Shown one piece after another: positions 9,323 through 17,846 of a stretch of 64,000 nucleotides of DNA. Source of the DNA: Candidatus Entotheonellaceae bacterium (GTDB taxonomy: Bacteria > Tectomicrobia > Entotheonellia > Entotheonellales > Entotheonellaceae); assembly GCA_965238075.1 (NCBI GenBank), contig OZ250173.1, positions 2,656,001 to 2,720,000 on the forward strand. Direction: 5' to 3'. A program made the position numbers and the translations under genes. Position 1 is the stretch's first letter; each line of letters starts with the position of its first letter. The notes beneath the pieces were generated by a model. That model searched no databases. It was not told where the DNA came from and saw only the letters and a list, made by a program, of their open reading frames with translations.

Positions 9323-10312
9323 GTGGCAGCAGCGGCTCGCATGGCCGGCGCACGGAGCGCCGAAAAGCCCGCTTTCTGGATCGCCTTCGTCGCGGTGGCG
9401 GCGGTGCTGGCTGTGGCGCCGCTGTGGTTTCCGAACGACTTCTGGCAACGGCTGCTCACCGAGGTGCTGATCCTCGGCCTGCTGGCCATGTCGTCCGACC
9501 TGCTGATCGGCTATGTCGGCATGGTGTCCTTCGGCCACGCCCTGTTCTTCGGCACCGGCTGCTACGGTGCCGCCTACGCCCTGATGTGGACGGAATCCCC
9601 CCTCGCCCTGTGGCTGGCGCTGCTTCTGGGTCTGGTGGGGGCGGCCGTCATGGGCATCTTCGTCGCCTTCTATTCCACCCGCCTGCGCGACATCTACTTC
9701 TCGATCACCACGCTGGTGTTTGCACAGATTTTCTGGGTCATCGTCTTCACCTGGACCGATGTCACCGGCGGCGAAAACGGCCTCGTGTTCAGCCCGCCGC
9801 GGCTGTCGTTCCTGGGCCTGTTTGCGGCCGAGTTCACGACGATGTCGATGCACTGGTTCGTGCTGGCGGTGGTGGCGTTGTGCTACGTGTTCTGCCGCCG
9901 CGTCACCCAATCGCCGTTCGGCAAGGTCCTGCAAGCCATCCGCGAAAACGAGCCCCGCACGCGGGCCATCGGCTACAACGTGGAGCGCCACAAGATGGGC
10001 ATGGTCATGCTCTCGGCGCTGGTCGCCGGGCTGTCCGGGGCGCTGTACGGCATCTTCAACGCCTACGCGGCGCCGGATTACTTTTTCTTCCTGCAATCGG
10101 GTGAAACGGTGATCTACAACGTGCTGGGCGGGATTGGCACGCTGGCCGGCCCCGTCCTGGGCGCCGGGGTGTTTGTGCTGCTCAAGGAACTGTTCAGCAC
10201 GTATTGGAGTCCCGAGTACTACCTGATACCCGTTGGCCTGCTGTTCACGGCCATGGTGATCTACATGCCGCAAGGGCTGCTCGGCTTTCTGCGGCACAAG
10301 CTCAACACGTAG
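9323..10312 (+). CDS. Branched-chain amino acid ABC permease (LivM-like)
   Basis: GYVGMVSFGH, TGGENG, SPFGKVLQAIRENE. GTG start after GAGGGGAG. Confidence 0.92.
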   Translation: MAAAARMAGARSAEKPAFWIAFVAVAAVLAVAPLWFPNDFWQRLLTEVLILGLLAMSSDLLIGYVGMVSFGHALFFGTGCYGAAYALMWTESPLALWLALLLGLVGAAVMGIFVAFYSTRLRDIYFSITTLVFAQIFWVIVFTWTDVTGGENGLVFSPPRLSFLGLFAAEFTTMSMHWFVLAVVALCYVFCRRVTQSPFGKVLQAIRENEPRTRAIGYNVERHKMGMVMLSALVAGLSGALYGIFNAYAAPDYFFFLQSGETVIYNVLGGIGTLAGPVLGAGVFVLLKELFSTYWSPEYYLIPVGLLFTAMVIYMPQGLLGFLRHKLNT

Positions 10313-10356
10313 CGCTGGGGTCGGGGAACGATGCCGGCGCGGAGAAGGGAAGGGTT

Positions 10357-11544
10357 ATGATCAGCAAATTCGACAGCTTGTACGCCGGGCACGTGGACAT
10401 GGACGACGTCGGCTACGGCGGCACCGCGGTGAACGACCGGCGGTTTTCCAACGAGTATCTGGTCACCACGTACGACAAGGCGCAGGCCATTGCGCAGGTG
10501 ATGGACGGGCAGGGGTACGACACCCTGTGGATGGCCGAGCACCATTTCCAGCCTGAGGGCTACGAGTGCATTCCGAACGTCCTGCTGCTGGCCCTGCATC
10601 TGACGCACCTGACGCAGCGCCTGCGGATCGGCTGCGGCTTTAACATCGCGCCCATGTGGCACCCGCTGCGCCTGGCCGAGGATTTCGCCACCGTAGACGT
10701 CCTCACCGGCGGGCGGGTTATTTTCGGCGTCGGGCGCGGCTATCACACCCGCGAGATCGAAACGTTCGGCTCGCCGTTGCTCGATCAGGCGGCCAACCGC
10801 GACCTGTTCGAGGAGCAGGTCGAGATCATCTTCAAATCCTTCAGAGAGGAATCCTTTTCGCACCGCGGCCAGCATTACACGCTGCCGCCCAACGTCCCGT
10901 ATCGCGGCTACGAGCTGAAGGAACTCACCCTGGTGCCGCGTCCGCTGCGGCAGCCCGTCGAGTGCTGGCAGCCGATTCAGAGCGCCAGCCCGCGCGCCCT
11001 GGACTTCATGGCCAAGCACGGTATCAGGGGGATCATCGGCGGCGGCGTGGCCGAAGGCGGCGCCATGCACAAAGTCGTCGAGGGGTACCGCGATGCCGTC
11101 GTCCGCACCGGCCGAGAGGCCGAGCTCGGCACCGATCTGAGCTTCGGCTTCCACTTCCACCTCGCCCCCACGCGCGAGCAGGCCATCCGGGAAGCCGCCC
11201 CCTGGTTTGAAGAAAACCTCAAGATGTTCGGCCCCCTGCGCCTCGTCCGCGCCCTCAGCGACCAGCAAATCGCCGACATGGGGGATCCCGCCAAGGCGCC
11301 CACCGCCGGCCTCCCAAGCCTCCAGCAAGCCGTCGATGCGGGCGGCTTCTTCTGCGGCCCGCCCGAGCTCATCATCGAGCAGCTTCAGGCCGTCGAAGCC
11401 CGCTATCCCGGCGTCGAAAGGGTCAGCGTCAGCCACCCCGTCGGCACCCCCCGGCAGGTCATTGTGGAGCAATTGGAGTGGTTCGCGCGGGACGTCATGC
11501 CCGCCTTCAAGGACCGCAAGTCGGCCTTGGCCCCGGTGGACTGA
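10357..11544 (+). CDS. LLM class flavin-dependent oxidoreductase
   Basis: WMAEHHFQ, HPLRLAED, GVGRGY luciferase-like motifs. Confidence 0.9.
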   Translation: MISKFDSLYAGHVDMDDVGYGGTAVNDRRFSNEYLVTTYDKAQAIAQVMDGQGYDTLWMAEHHFQPEGYECIPNVLLLALHLTHLTQRLRIGCGFNIAPMWHPLRLAEDFATVDVLTGGRVIFGVGRGYHTREIETFGSPLLDQAANRDLFEEQVEIIFKSFREESFSHRGQHYTLPPNVPYRGYELKELTLVPRPLRQPVECWQPIQSASPRALDFMAKHGIRGIIGGGVAEGGAMHKVVEGYRDAVVRTGREAELGTDLSFGFHFHLAPTREQAIREAAPWFEENLKMFGPLRLVRALSDQQIADMGDPAKAPTAGLPSLQQAVDAGGFFCGPPELIIEQLQAVEARYPGVERVSVSHPVGTPRQVIVEQLEWFARDVMPAFKDRKSALAPVD

Positions 11545-11636
11545 GGGCGGATGTGGCGAGGGCGGCCTCGTCGGCATCGGGCGGTGAGCCCGAGGCTTGG
11601 AAAAATGACCGCGCGAGCGGTTGCGCCATGTTGGTG

Positions 11637-11741
11637 TAACCCCCCAACCCCCCTTGTCAGGGGGGCTTTGGGCAAAGCATCTTGGGAGGTGTGTTTTGCC
11701 GGTCCAGAATTTTCCCCCTGATAAGGGGGCGAGGGGGGTTA
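11637..11741. repeat. Inverted pair of the 29-nt repeat
   Basis: TAACCCCCCAACCCCCCTTGTCAGGGGGG (11637-11665) and a diverged reverse copy CCCCCTGATAAGGGGGCGAGGGGGGTTA (11714-11741). Confidence 0.8.
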
Positions 11742-11742
11742 T

Positions 11743-12141
11743 ATCCCCTACAACAAGTCCCTGACCGAGAAGGCACGTCAAAACCGCACAAACCCAACCC
11801 CGGCGGAACGGAAACTCTGGTTCGAGGTCCTGCAAAACAAACGTTTCGATCATTTGAAGTTCACCTGCCAGAAACCGTTGAGCGACTATATCGTCGATTT
11901 CTATTGCGCTGCGCTGATGCTGGCCATTGAAATAGACGGGGACAGTCACGACGAGCACCAACGATACGATGAAACCAGAACCCGCAGGTTGAATGCTCTG
12001 GGTATTGAGGTCATCCGCTACACGAATGCCGAGATCATGAACAATCTCGAGGGCGTGTATGAAAGCTTGCTGAAACGCGTGACGGAAAGGAGGAACTCCT
12101 GCGTTGGCCCTTTTGATGCACCTTTGTCAGGTCGGAAATGA
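11743..12141 (+). CDS. DUF559 / Vsr-like endonuclease domain protein (no clean in-frame start codon)
   Basis: Frame reads IPYNKSLTEKARQNRTNPTPAERKLW...QKPLSDYIVDFYC...IEIDGDSH...RYTN. In-frame TAA at 11722. The best RBS plus TTG (11696) is out of frame. Confidence 0.8.
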   Translation: MPYNKSLTEKARQNRTNPTPAERKLWFEVLQNKRFDHLKFTCQKPLSDYIVDFYCAALMLAIEIDGDSHDEHQRYDETRTRRLNALGIEVIRYTNAEIMNNLEGVYESLLKRVTERRNSCVGPFDAPLSGRK

Positions 12142-12163
12142 CGGGCAGGTCCGACGCTCCTCC

Positions 12164-12688
12164 TCAGTGCTCCATCAATATCTCGACGCACTGGGCGACG
12201 GCCTCTCTGGCTTTGGCGCGCAGAACGGCATCGTCGTTGTTGCTGATGGGGTGGGGGATGACGGCGAAGGGGAAGGCGGGCATGCCGGTGGCGCGGGCCA
12301 TGGCTTCGGCGGTGGCGGTGAAGCGGTCGGTCATGATGGCGGTGGCGGCGAGGCCGGCTTTCCTGGCGGAAACGGCGTCATGCAGACTGCATGAGGAACA
12401 GCTGCCTCAATCGCCGACGGCGGAGATGACGGCGTCGGCGGCTCGCATGCCGGCGATAACGTTGGCTGGTGCCGGGCGGCTGGCGTCGGGCTTCTTGAGG
12501 CGGATGACGTGGGTGACGCCGTGCTCGGTGCGCAGAATGTCTTCCATGTGGTCGAGTAACTCGCGCACACGGATTTTACCGTTGTCCAGGAGGCCGACGG
12601 TTCGGCCCTGCAGCGAGGTCAGACGGGCGGCATCGGTTGTGGCAGTGGCGACATCTTCAGCAGTGGGATCAAGAACTTGCAGAGACAT
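12164..12688 (-). CDS. UGSC-family selenoprotein (Sec at in-frame TGA 12407-12409)
   Basis: GLLDNGK...ISAVGD-TGA-GSCSSCSLHDAV...IMTDRF...VIPHPIS...LMEH* in one frame, 174 aa with readthrough. Confidence 0.9.
12378..12394 (-). promoter_or_regulatory. Putative bacterial SECIS hairpin
   Basis: Perfect TCATGCA-GTC-TGCATGA stem, separated from the UGA by 12 nt. Confidence 0.7.
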
Positions 12689-12708
12689 GAGCGGTAGCTC
12701 TCCCCGGT

Positions 12709-13758
12709 TCAGGGTGAATCAATCGTTTGGGTGACGGCTTGCGCTTTGGAGCCGAGCCACGGCGGAATGACGCTCCCGAATCCGCCAGCAGGGCCGCCGG
12801 CCGCCACGACGAGCAGGTCGTCCGGGGTGCGCAGGGCGGTGAATTCCTGATCGGGTCCGCCGCTGCGGTTGACGATGTTGGCTTTGCCGACCGTCGCCCA
12901 TTGCCGCCGCAGCACCCGCGCGGCGTGGAAGACGTACTCGCGGACATCGCTTTTCTGCCAGCCGGCGGCAACGAGTAACTCCCGCAACTGCTTCGGAATG
13001 ACCAGGAAGTAGCTGCCGGACCACACTGAATACGTTAGCATGTTGTATCGCATCTCGGCGGCGAAGGTGTCGAGGATTTCCTCCGGGTCGTGTGTCCACT
13101 CGTTCATGATCTGGCGCGGCGGCGCTACCGACATGACGGTGACCGCGGACGCGCCGGCCGGCACGCCGCGCTCCTGTGCCAGTGGCAGCCACGGGCTGTC
13201 CTCCTCGTCTTCGGCGATGCAGAAGGCGAACTTGCCCGGATGCCCGAGGGTCGAGCGGTCGAGTTGGCCGGGTACGCAGCTAAGCAGATTGATCAACACC
13301 AGCCGCACCGTGCGGCCAATGGTGGCGTTGGCGCGGTTGCCGTTGGCCAGCACGTTGTGCGTGGCGTTCATGCCGATGGCGCCGCGCACCGGGCCATTGA
13401 CCACGATGAACGGCGCGCTGCCGCCCGTGCTTGCCGTGCTGCCGTGCATGTTGAACCGTTCCTGGCACATGGCCCGCAGCACCGCTACCACTACCGGCAT
13501 GTAGTCTGGCCGGCATCCCGCCATCACGGCGTTGATCGCTATCTTCTCGGCGGTCAGCGGGCGTTGCCGCACACGCTCTACTCCCAACACGTCGTCCGCA
13601 TCCAAACCAGCCGCCTGCAAGCACGCTGCGACGCGCTCCGCGGTCGGTGGCACAATGGGCAGGCCGTCGGTCCAGCCTTGTTCCTGGTAGAACTCGTTGG
13701 CTTCAAAGGCGTCGGCCACGTCGTAGGTGGCCGCTTGCAGTCGGGTGGGGTGCGTCAT
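12709..13758 (-). CDS. Uncharacterised protein, typical partner of UGSC-family proteins
   Basis: GWTDGLPIVPPT, EKIAINAVMAGC, RANATIGR, C-terminal VAAGGPAG. Co-oriented, 20 nt upstream of the UGSC gene. Confidence 0.75.
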   Translation of the reverse strand: MTHPTRLQAATYDVADAFEANEFYQEQGWTDGLPIVPPTAERVAACLQAAGLDADDVLGVERVRQRPLTAEKIAINAVMAGCRPDYMPVVVAVLRAMCQERFNMHGSTASTGGSAPFIVVNGPVRGAIGMNATHNVLANGNRANATIGRTVRLVLINLLSCVPGQLDRSTLGHPGKFAFCIAEDEEDSPWLPLAQERGVPAGASAVTVMSVAPPRQIMNEWTHDPEEILDTFAAEMRYNMLTYSVWSGSYFLVIPKQLRELLVAAGWQKSDVREYVFHAARVLRRQWATVGKANIVNRSGGPDQEFTALRTPDDLLVVAAGGPAGGFGSVIPPWLGSKAQAVTQTIDSP

Positions 13759-13843
13759 AGTTGGACCCTCAAGAAACCCGCGATTGTGATTTCAAGCGGG
13801 GAATCGGAGCAGGTACGAAGGTGAGCAGAAGCTGAACAGGTTA

Positions 13844-14617
13844 TCAGTGATGCTCTTTGAGGGTATCGGCGCGCAGGCCGTTACGGAGCGTTTCGACGGG
13901 GATAACTTCGGAGGGGGGGATGTTGCCGACGTTGACGTGGTTGCCGTAGTGTTTGAAAAACCACGTTTGCTGCTTTTTCTGCGGGGCTTCAAAGATGAGG
14001 TTCTGCAGGCCGATGGCGCGAACGATCTGATCGACTTCCTGCGACTGCACGTCGCCCGTGGCATCGAACACGCCGACGGTGCCGGTTTCCCGGCCTTCGA
14101 TGATGACCTTCCACGCGCCAGCCTTGAGTTCGGCTCTGGCCTGGGTGATGCGTTCATCAACGCTGATCTCACTGTCCTCGTACGGGCATTTCTTGCCGAT
14201 TTCGGACAAGACACATAGCTGGCGCGCCCTGGCTTGGCGGATCAGGCACAGCTTGGTCTCGTGCGGCATCGCCACGGTGCCGTCCGAGATTTCAACGCAG
14301 GTAAAGCCGAACTGCTTGATCTCCGTTAAGAATTCCGCCACGCAGTTCTGAGCAACGGCTACCTCCATCAAGGTGCCGCCGGGGCAAACGTAAATCTCGT
14401 TGTCGTGCAAGATGCGGATCTTGTCGCGCAACCGTTCGGCAGTGAACAGCTGCGACGTGCCCCAGCCGAATTTGACGATATCGATGTAGGGCGCGGCGTC
14501 CGCCACGAAATCTTCCAGTTGCATTACCCCCAGGCCCTTGTCTAGAACTGAGGTCAATCCCTGTTCACGCGGTTTCTTTGTTCGGACGGGGAGGGAGATA
14601 CAGTCATAGGCGTGCAT
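13844..14617 (-). CDS. comA: Phosphosulfolactate synthase (ComA family)
   Basis: KPREQGLTSVLDKG, KFGWGT, GGTLME, EISDG, FEAPQK, ETLRNGLRADT. Confidence 0.92.
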   Translation of the reverse strand: MHAYDCISLPVRTKKPREQGLTSVLDKGLGVMQLEDFVADAAPYIDIVKFGWGTSQLFTAERLRDKIRILHDNEIYVCPGGTLMEVAVAQNCVAEFLTEIKQFGFTCVEISDGTVAMPHETKLCLIRQARARQLCVLSEIGKKCPYEDSEISVDERITQARAELKAGAWKVIIEGRETGTVGVFDATGDVQSQEVDQIVRAIGLQNLIFEAPQKKQQTWFFKHYGNHVNVGNIPPSEVIPVETLRNGLRADTLKEHH

Positions 14618-14765
14618 TTCAACTCTCCTTGGTTAACGGATGCCGCAGATGGTTGGCCATGCATCCCTATCGCATTGCAACGACTTGTTCAGGACCGTCC
14701 TTAGCACCTCCGATTTTTGTGTGTTTGGCCAGTAGACCACATTCCAGCCCCCATGTCGAGCCCGC

Positions 14766-15812
14766 CTACGGCTCCTGATGAATCTGCACCTTGATCGAGC
14801 CGGTGGTTTTGTCGTAGGCGGTGTCGAAACCCTGCTGAATCTCGTCCAACGAAAAGACGTTGGTGACCATGGGTTGTAGGGGCGCCTTGCCGGAGGACAG
14901 CATGTTGATGGCCAGCTCGTAGTCGTGCTGGCCATTCAGGATGCCGTAGCACGACGAAAAGAGGATGGCTTGTTCCTTGAGAAGGGGCGGCAGCCAATCC
15001 AGCGTGATGGGTCGCCGGAAGCCGCCCAGGATGACGATGCGGCCCTGCATGCGGGTTACATCAATGGCTTGCTCCAAGGTGTCGCCGTTCCTGCCGCCGA
15101 CGGTTTCGATAGTCAGGTCGGCGCCGCGTCCGTCGGTTGCGCCCTCGACTGCTTCCTTGAGGGCCGCACCTTCCGGCGGCAGGACGTCGTCGGCCCCGAG
15201 GCGTTTCGCCAACTCGCCCTGCTGGGCGTGGCGAGCAGTAACGAAAATCCTGCCGGCGCCCAATGCGCGGGCCGCAGCCACGGTTGTCAGGCCGATGTTG
15301 CCGGCCCCTAGCACCACCACGGTTTCGCCGCCTTGCATCTGACCGCGGCGGACGCCGTGTACCGACACGGCGAGCGGCTCGACCAGGGCGCCTTCTTCCC
15401 ACGACATGCCGTCGGGCAGCGGGTAGCAGCCGATGGCGCGGCGTTTCATGTACTCGGCAAATCCGCCGCCTTCGTTCTCCGCCTTGTTGAGGCACTGGCG
15501 GAACTGCCCCTGCCGGCAATACCAGCACTGCGCGCACGCCAGCCCGTGCCCGATGGTTTCGACCGCCACCCGTTGTCCGAGCAGGCCGCTTGCCACCCGG
15601 CTGCCGACTTCGACGATTTCGCCCGCGACCTCATGACCAAAGGGGATGGCGTCGGGCTCGGTTTTGTCGGCATTCATGAGCAGGTCGGAGCCGCAGATAC
15701 CGGTGGAGCGGACGCGAATGACGACGTCCTCGGGGCCGGGTTCGGGGGCGGCTATGTCGGCCAGCATCATGGCGTTGTCGCCGTCGAAGAAAGCGGCTTT
15801 CATCTTGGGCAT
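14766..15812 (-). CDS. Zinc-binding alcohol dehydrogenase (MDR family)
   Basis: GICGSD, GHE, CxxCxxC structural Zn site, GAGNIG. Confidence 0.92.
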   Translation of the reverse strand: MPKMKAAFFDGDNAMMLADIAAPEPGPEDVVIRVRSTGICGSDLLMNADKTEPDAIPFGHEVAGEIVEVGSRVASGLLGQRVAVETIGHGLACAQCWYCRQGQFRQCLNKAENEGGGFAEYMKRRAIGCYPLPDGMSWEEGALVEPLAVSVHGVRRGQMQGGETVVVLGAGNIGLTTVAAARALGAGRIFVTARHAQQGELAKRLGADDVLPPEGAALKEAVEGATDGRGADLTIETVGGRNGDTLEQAIDVTRMQGRIVILGGFRRPITLDWLPPLLKEQAILFSSCYGILNGQHDYELAINMLSSGKAPLQPMVTNVFSLDEIQQGFDTAYDKTTGSIKVQIHQEP

Positions 15813-16006
15813 GGGTAGTCCTTCCGTGGCTTGGGTGGCAATGGCGTGGCACTTCAGGCAGGTGGCGTCAGGAGGGCGCACCATACGCGTTTCCCGCCGG
15901 GTTTGCAAGCGGCGGCTCGGCTTGTTGCGCTGGGCCGCCTTTGCCATAATGGACCACTCAGCAAGGCGGAATCGTTGGCCACACGAACTATAAAGGAGAG
16001 AGTGAC

Positions 16007-16966
16007 ATGGCGACGCTGTTGGGAAGTGGCGATTTTCAGTACGAGGTTGACGTAGCCTGGGGCAAGCTGCCCGACGGGTGGTCCTACAAGGAGGCGGCGG
16101 CGGTCGGCGTGGACGCCAACGACAATGTCTACGTGTTCAGCCGGGGCGACCATCCCATGATCGTCTTCGACCGTCACGGCAATTTCCTGCGGTCCTGGGG
16201 CGAGGACCTGTTCGTGCGTGCCCACGGTGTCACCATCGGGCCCGACGAGTCGATTTACTGCACCGACGACGGCGACCATACGGTTCGCAAGTGCACCTAC
16301 GACGGCAAGGTGCTGCTGGAACTCGGCGTACCGGGCCAGGCGGCTGCGATGCACAGCGGCAAGCCGTTCAACCGTTGCACCCACATTGCCCTGTGCCCGG
16401 ACACGGGCGCCATCTACGTGGCTGACGGCTACGGCAACTCGTGCGTGCACAAGTACGACCCGAACGGCAAGCTGCTCTTCTCGTGGGGCGAGGCGGGCAC
16501 CGACCCCGGCCAGTTCAACATCGTGCACAACATCTGCACGGACAAAGAAGGCTACGTGTACGTCGCCGACCGTGAGAACCATCGCGTGCAGGTATTCGAC
16601 CGCAACGGCAAGTATGAGACGGCGTGGAGCAACGTGCACCGCCCCTGCGGCCTGTTCATGGATAGCGGCGACGCAGAACTGTGCTACATCGGCGAGCTGG
16701 GCTCGGGCATGGCGGTGAACGCCACGCACCCGAACCTCGGCCCGCGCATCGCCATCCACAACCGCAAGGGCGAGGTCCTCATGCGGCTGGGCGATGACAC
16801 CAAGGGCGCTGGCGAAGGGCCGGCCCAGTTTTTGGCGCCGCACGGGGTGACGGTGGATTCGCATGGCGACATCTACGTCGCGGAGGTGTCCTGGACCAGT
16901 ATCGGCCAGCACCAGAACCCGCCGCGCGAGATGCAAACACTGCGCAAGCTGATTAAACGTTCGTAG
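16007..16966 (+). CDS. NHL-repeat peptidyl-alpha-hydroxyglycine alpha-amidating lyase-like protein
   Basis: NHL beta-propeller repeats: YVADGYGN, VADRENHRVQVFD, APHGVTVDS. Confidence 0.85.
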   Translation: MATLLGSGDFQYEVDVAWGKLPDGWSYKEAAAVGVDANDNVYVFSRGDHPMIVFDRHGNFLRSWGEDLFVRAHGVTIGPDESIYCTDDGDHTVRKCTYDGKVLLELGVPGQAAAMHSGKPFNRCTHIALCPDTGAIYVADGYGNSCVHKYDPNGKLLFSWGEAGTDPGQFNIVHNICTDKEGYVYVADRENHRVQVFDRNGKYETAWSNVHRPCGLFMDSGDAELCYIGELGSGMAVNATHPNLGPRIAIHNRKGEVLMRLGDDTKGAGEGPAQFLAPHGVTVDSHGDIYVAEVSWTSIGQHQNPPREMQTLRKLIKRS

Positions 16967-16983
16967 CACCGGATAAGGAGACA

Positions 16984-17817
16984 GTGGAAATGCCCCTGGA
17001 TGTTCAAGTACGGGACCGCATCGCGGTGGTGGCGAGCCAGACGGCCCTGATGGCGCAGGCGTACGGCGAATGGTCGGCGGCGGATTGGCAGCGCGGCACC
17101 TTTTGCTCGGGTTGGACGGCGGCGGACGCGGTTGCGCATCTGGTGACCGGGGCCGACTTCTACACGCAGGTCATCGAGTCCGGCCGTACCGGCAAGCCCG
17201 GCAAGCCGTGGGGCGTTACGAACGTCGAGGAGTTTCGCGTTGCGCGCGGGGATGCCAGCAAGAAACTGACGGCGGCCGGTCCGGCTGCCGTGTTGCAAGC
17301 ATTTTCGGACAGCACCGCGGCGCTGCAGGCCGTGCTGGAGTCGCTGCAAGACAGGGAGCTGTCGGAGTTGGCCTGGCATCCGCGCGGACTGATGCCGATA
17401 GATGGTTGGATCGGCATGCGGCTCATCGAACTGGGCGTCCACGACTGGGACATTCGCCAGCCGCACGAGCCGGACGCCGGGCTGTCGTCCACCGTTGTGC
17501 CGGCGCTGCTGGCGGTCCTGCCTGACATGCAGACGCAGTTTCTCACCCAACGCGCTGGTGACGACCTTACCGGAACGTATGGCTTCCAGGCTGGCGATGC
17601 GTCGTGGGGGATTCGCTTGCATGAGGGTGCGGCATCCTACCTGCCCGAGGCGCCGTCCGACTGCGATGCCTGTCTGCACGCGGATGCCGAAAGCATGATC
17701 CTGCTCACCATGGGCCGCGCTGACCTGGAGGCGAAACGGGCCAACGGCGCCCTGACCGTGACCGGCAATGCCGCCAAGGGTCAGCAGCTTTGCGCCACCC
17801 TGTTCCGGGCGTTCTGA
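16984..17817 (+). CDS. Maleylpyruvate isomerase-like (MDMPI/DinB superfamily) protein with SCP2-like C-terminus
   Basis: TFCSGWTAADAVAHL and ELGVHDWDIR motifs. Confidence 0.8.
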   Translation: MEMPLDVQVRDRIAVVASQTALMAQAYGEWSAADWQRGTFCSGWTAADAVAHLVTGADFYTQVIESGRTGKPGKPWGVTNVEEFRVARGDASKKLTAAGPAAVLQAFSDSTAALQAVLESLQDRELSELAWHPRGLMPIDGWIGMRLIELGVHDWDIRQPHEPDAGLSSTVVPALLAVLPDMQTQFLTQRAGDDLTGTYGFQAGDASWGIRLHEGAASYLPEAPSDCDACLHADAESMILLTMGRADLEAKRANGALTVTGNAAKGQQLCATLFRAF

Positions 17818-17846
17818 AATGAACCGCTGACGCCCAGGGAGCGATT

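Noticed and set aside
14618-14765. Riboswitch in the comA leader
   Set aside because: No known aptamer consensus recognised by eye; an Rfam/Infernal scan would be needed.
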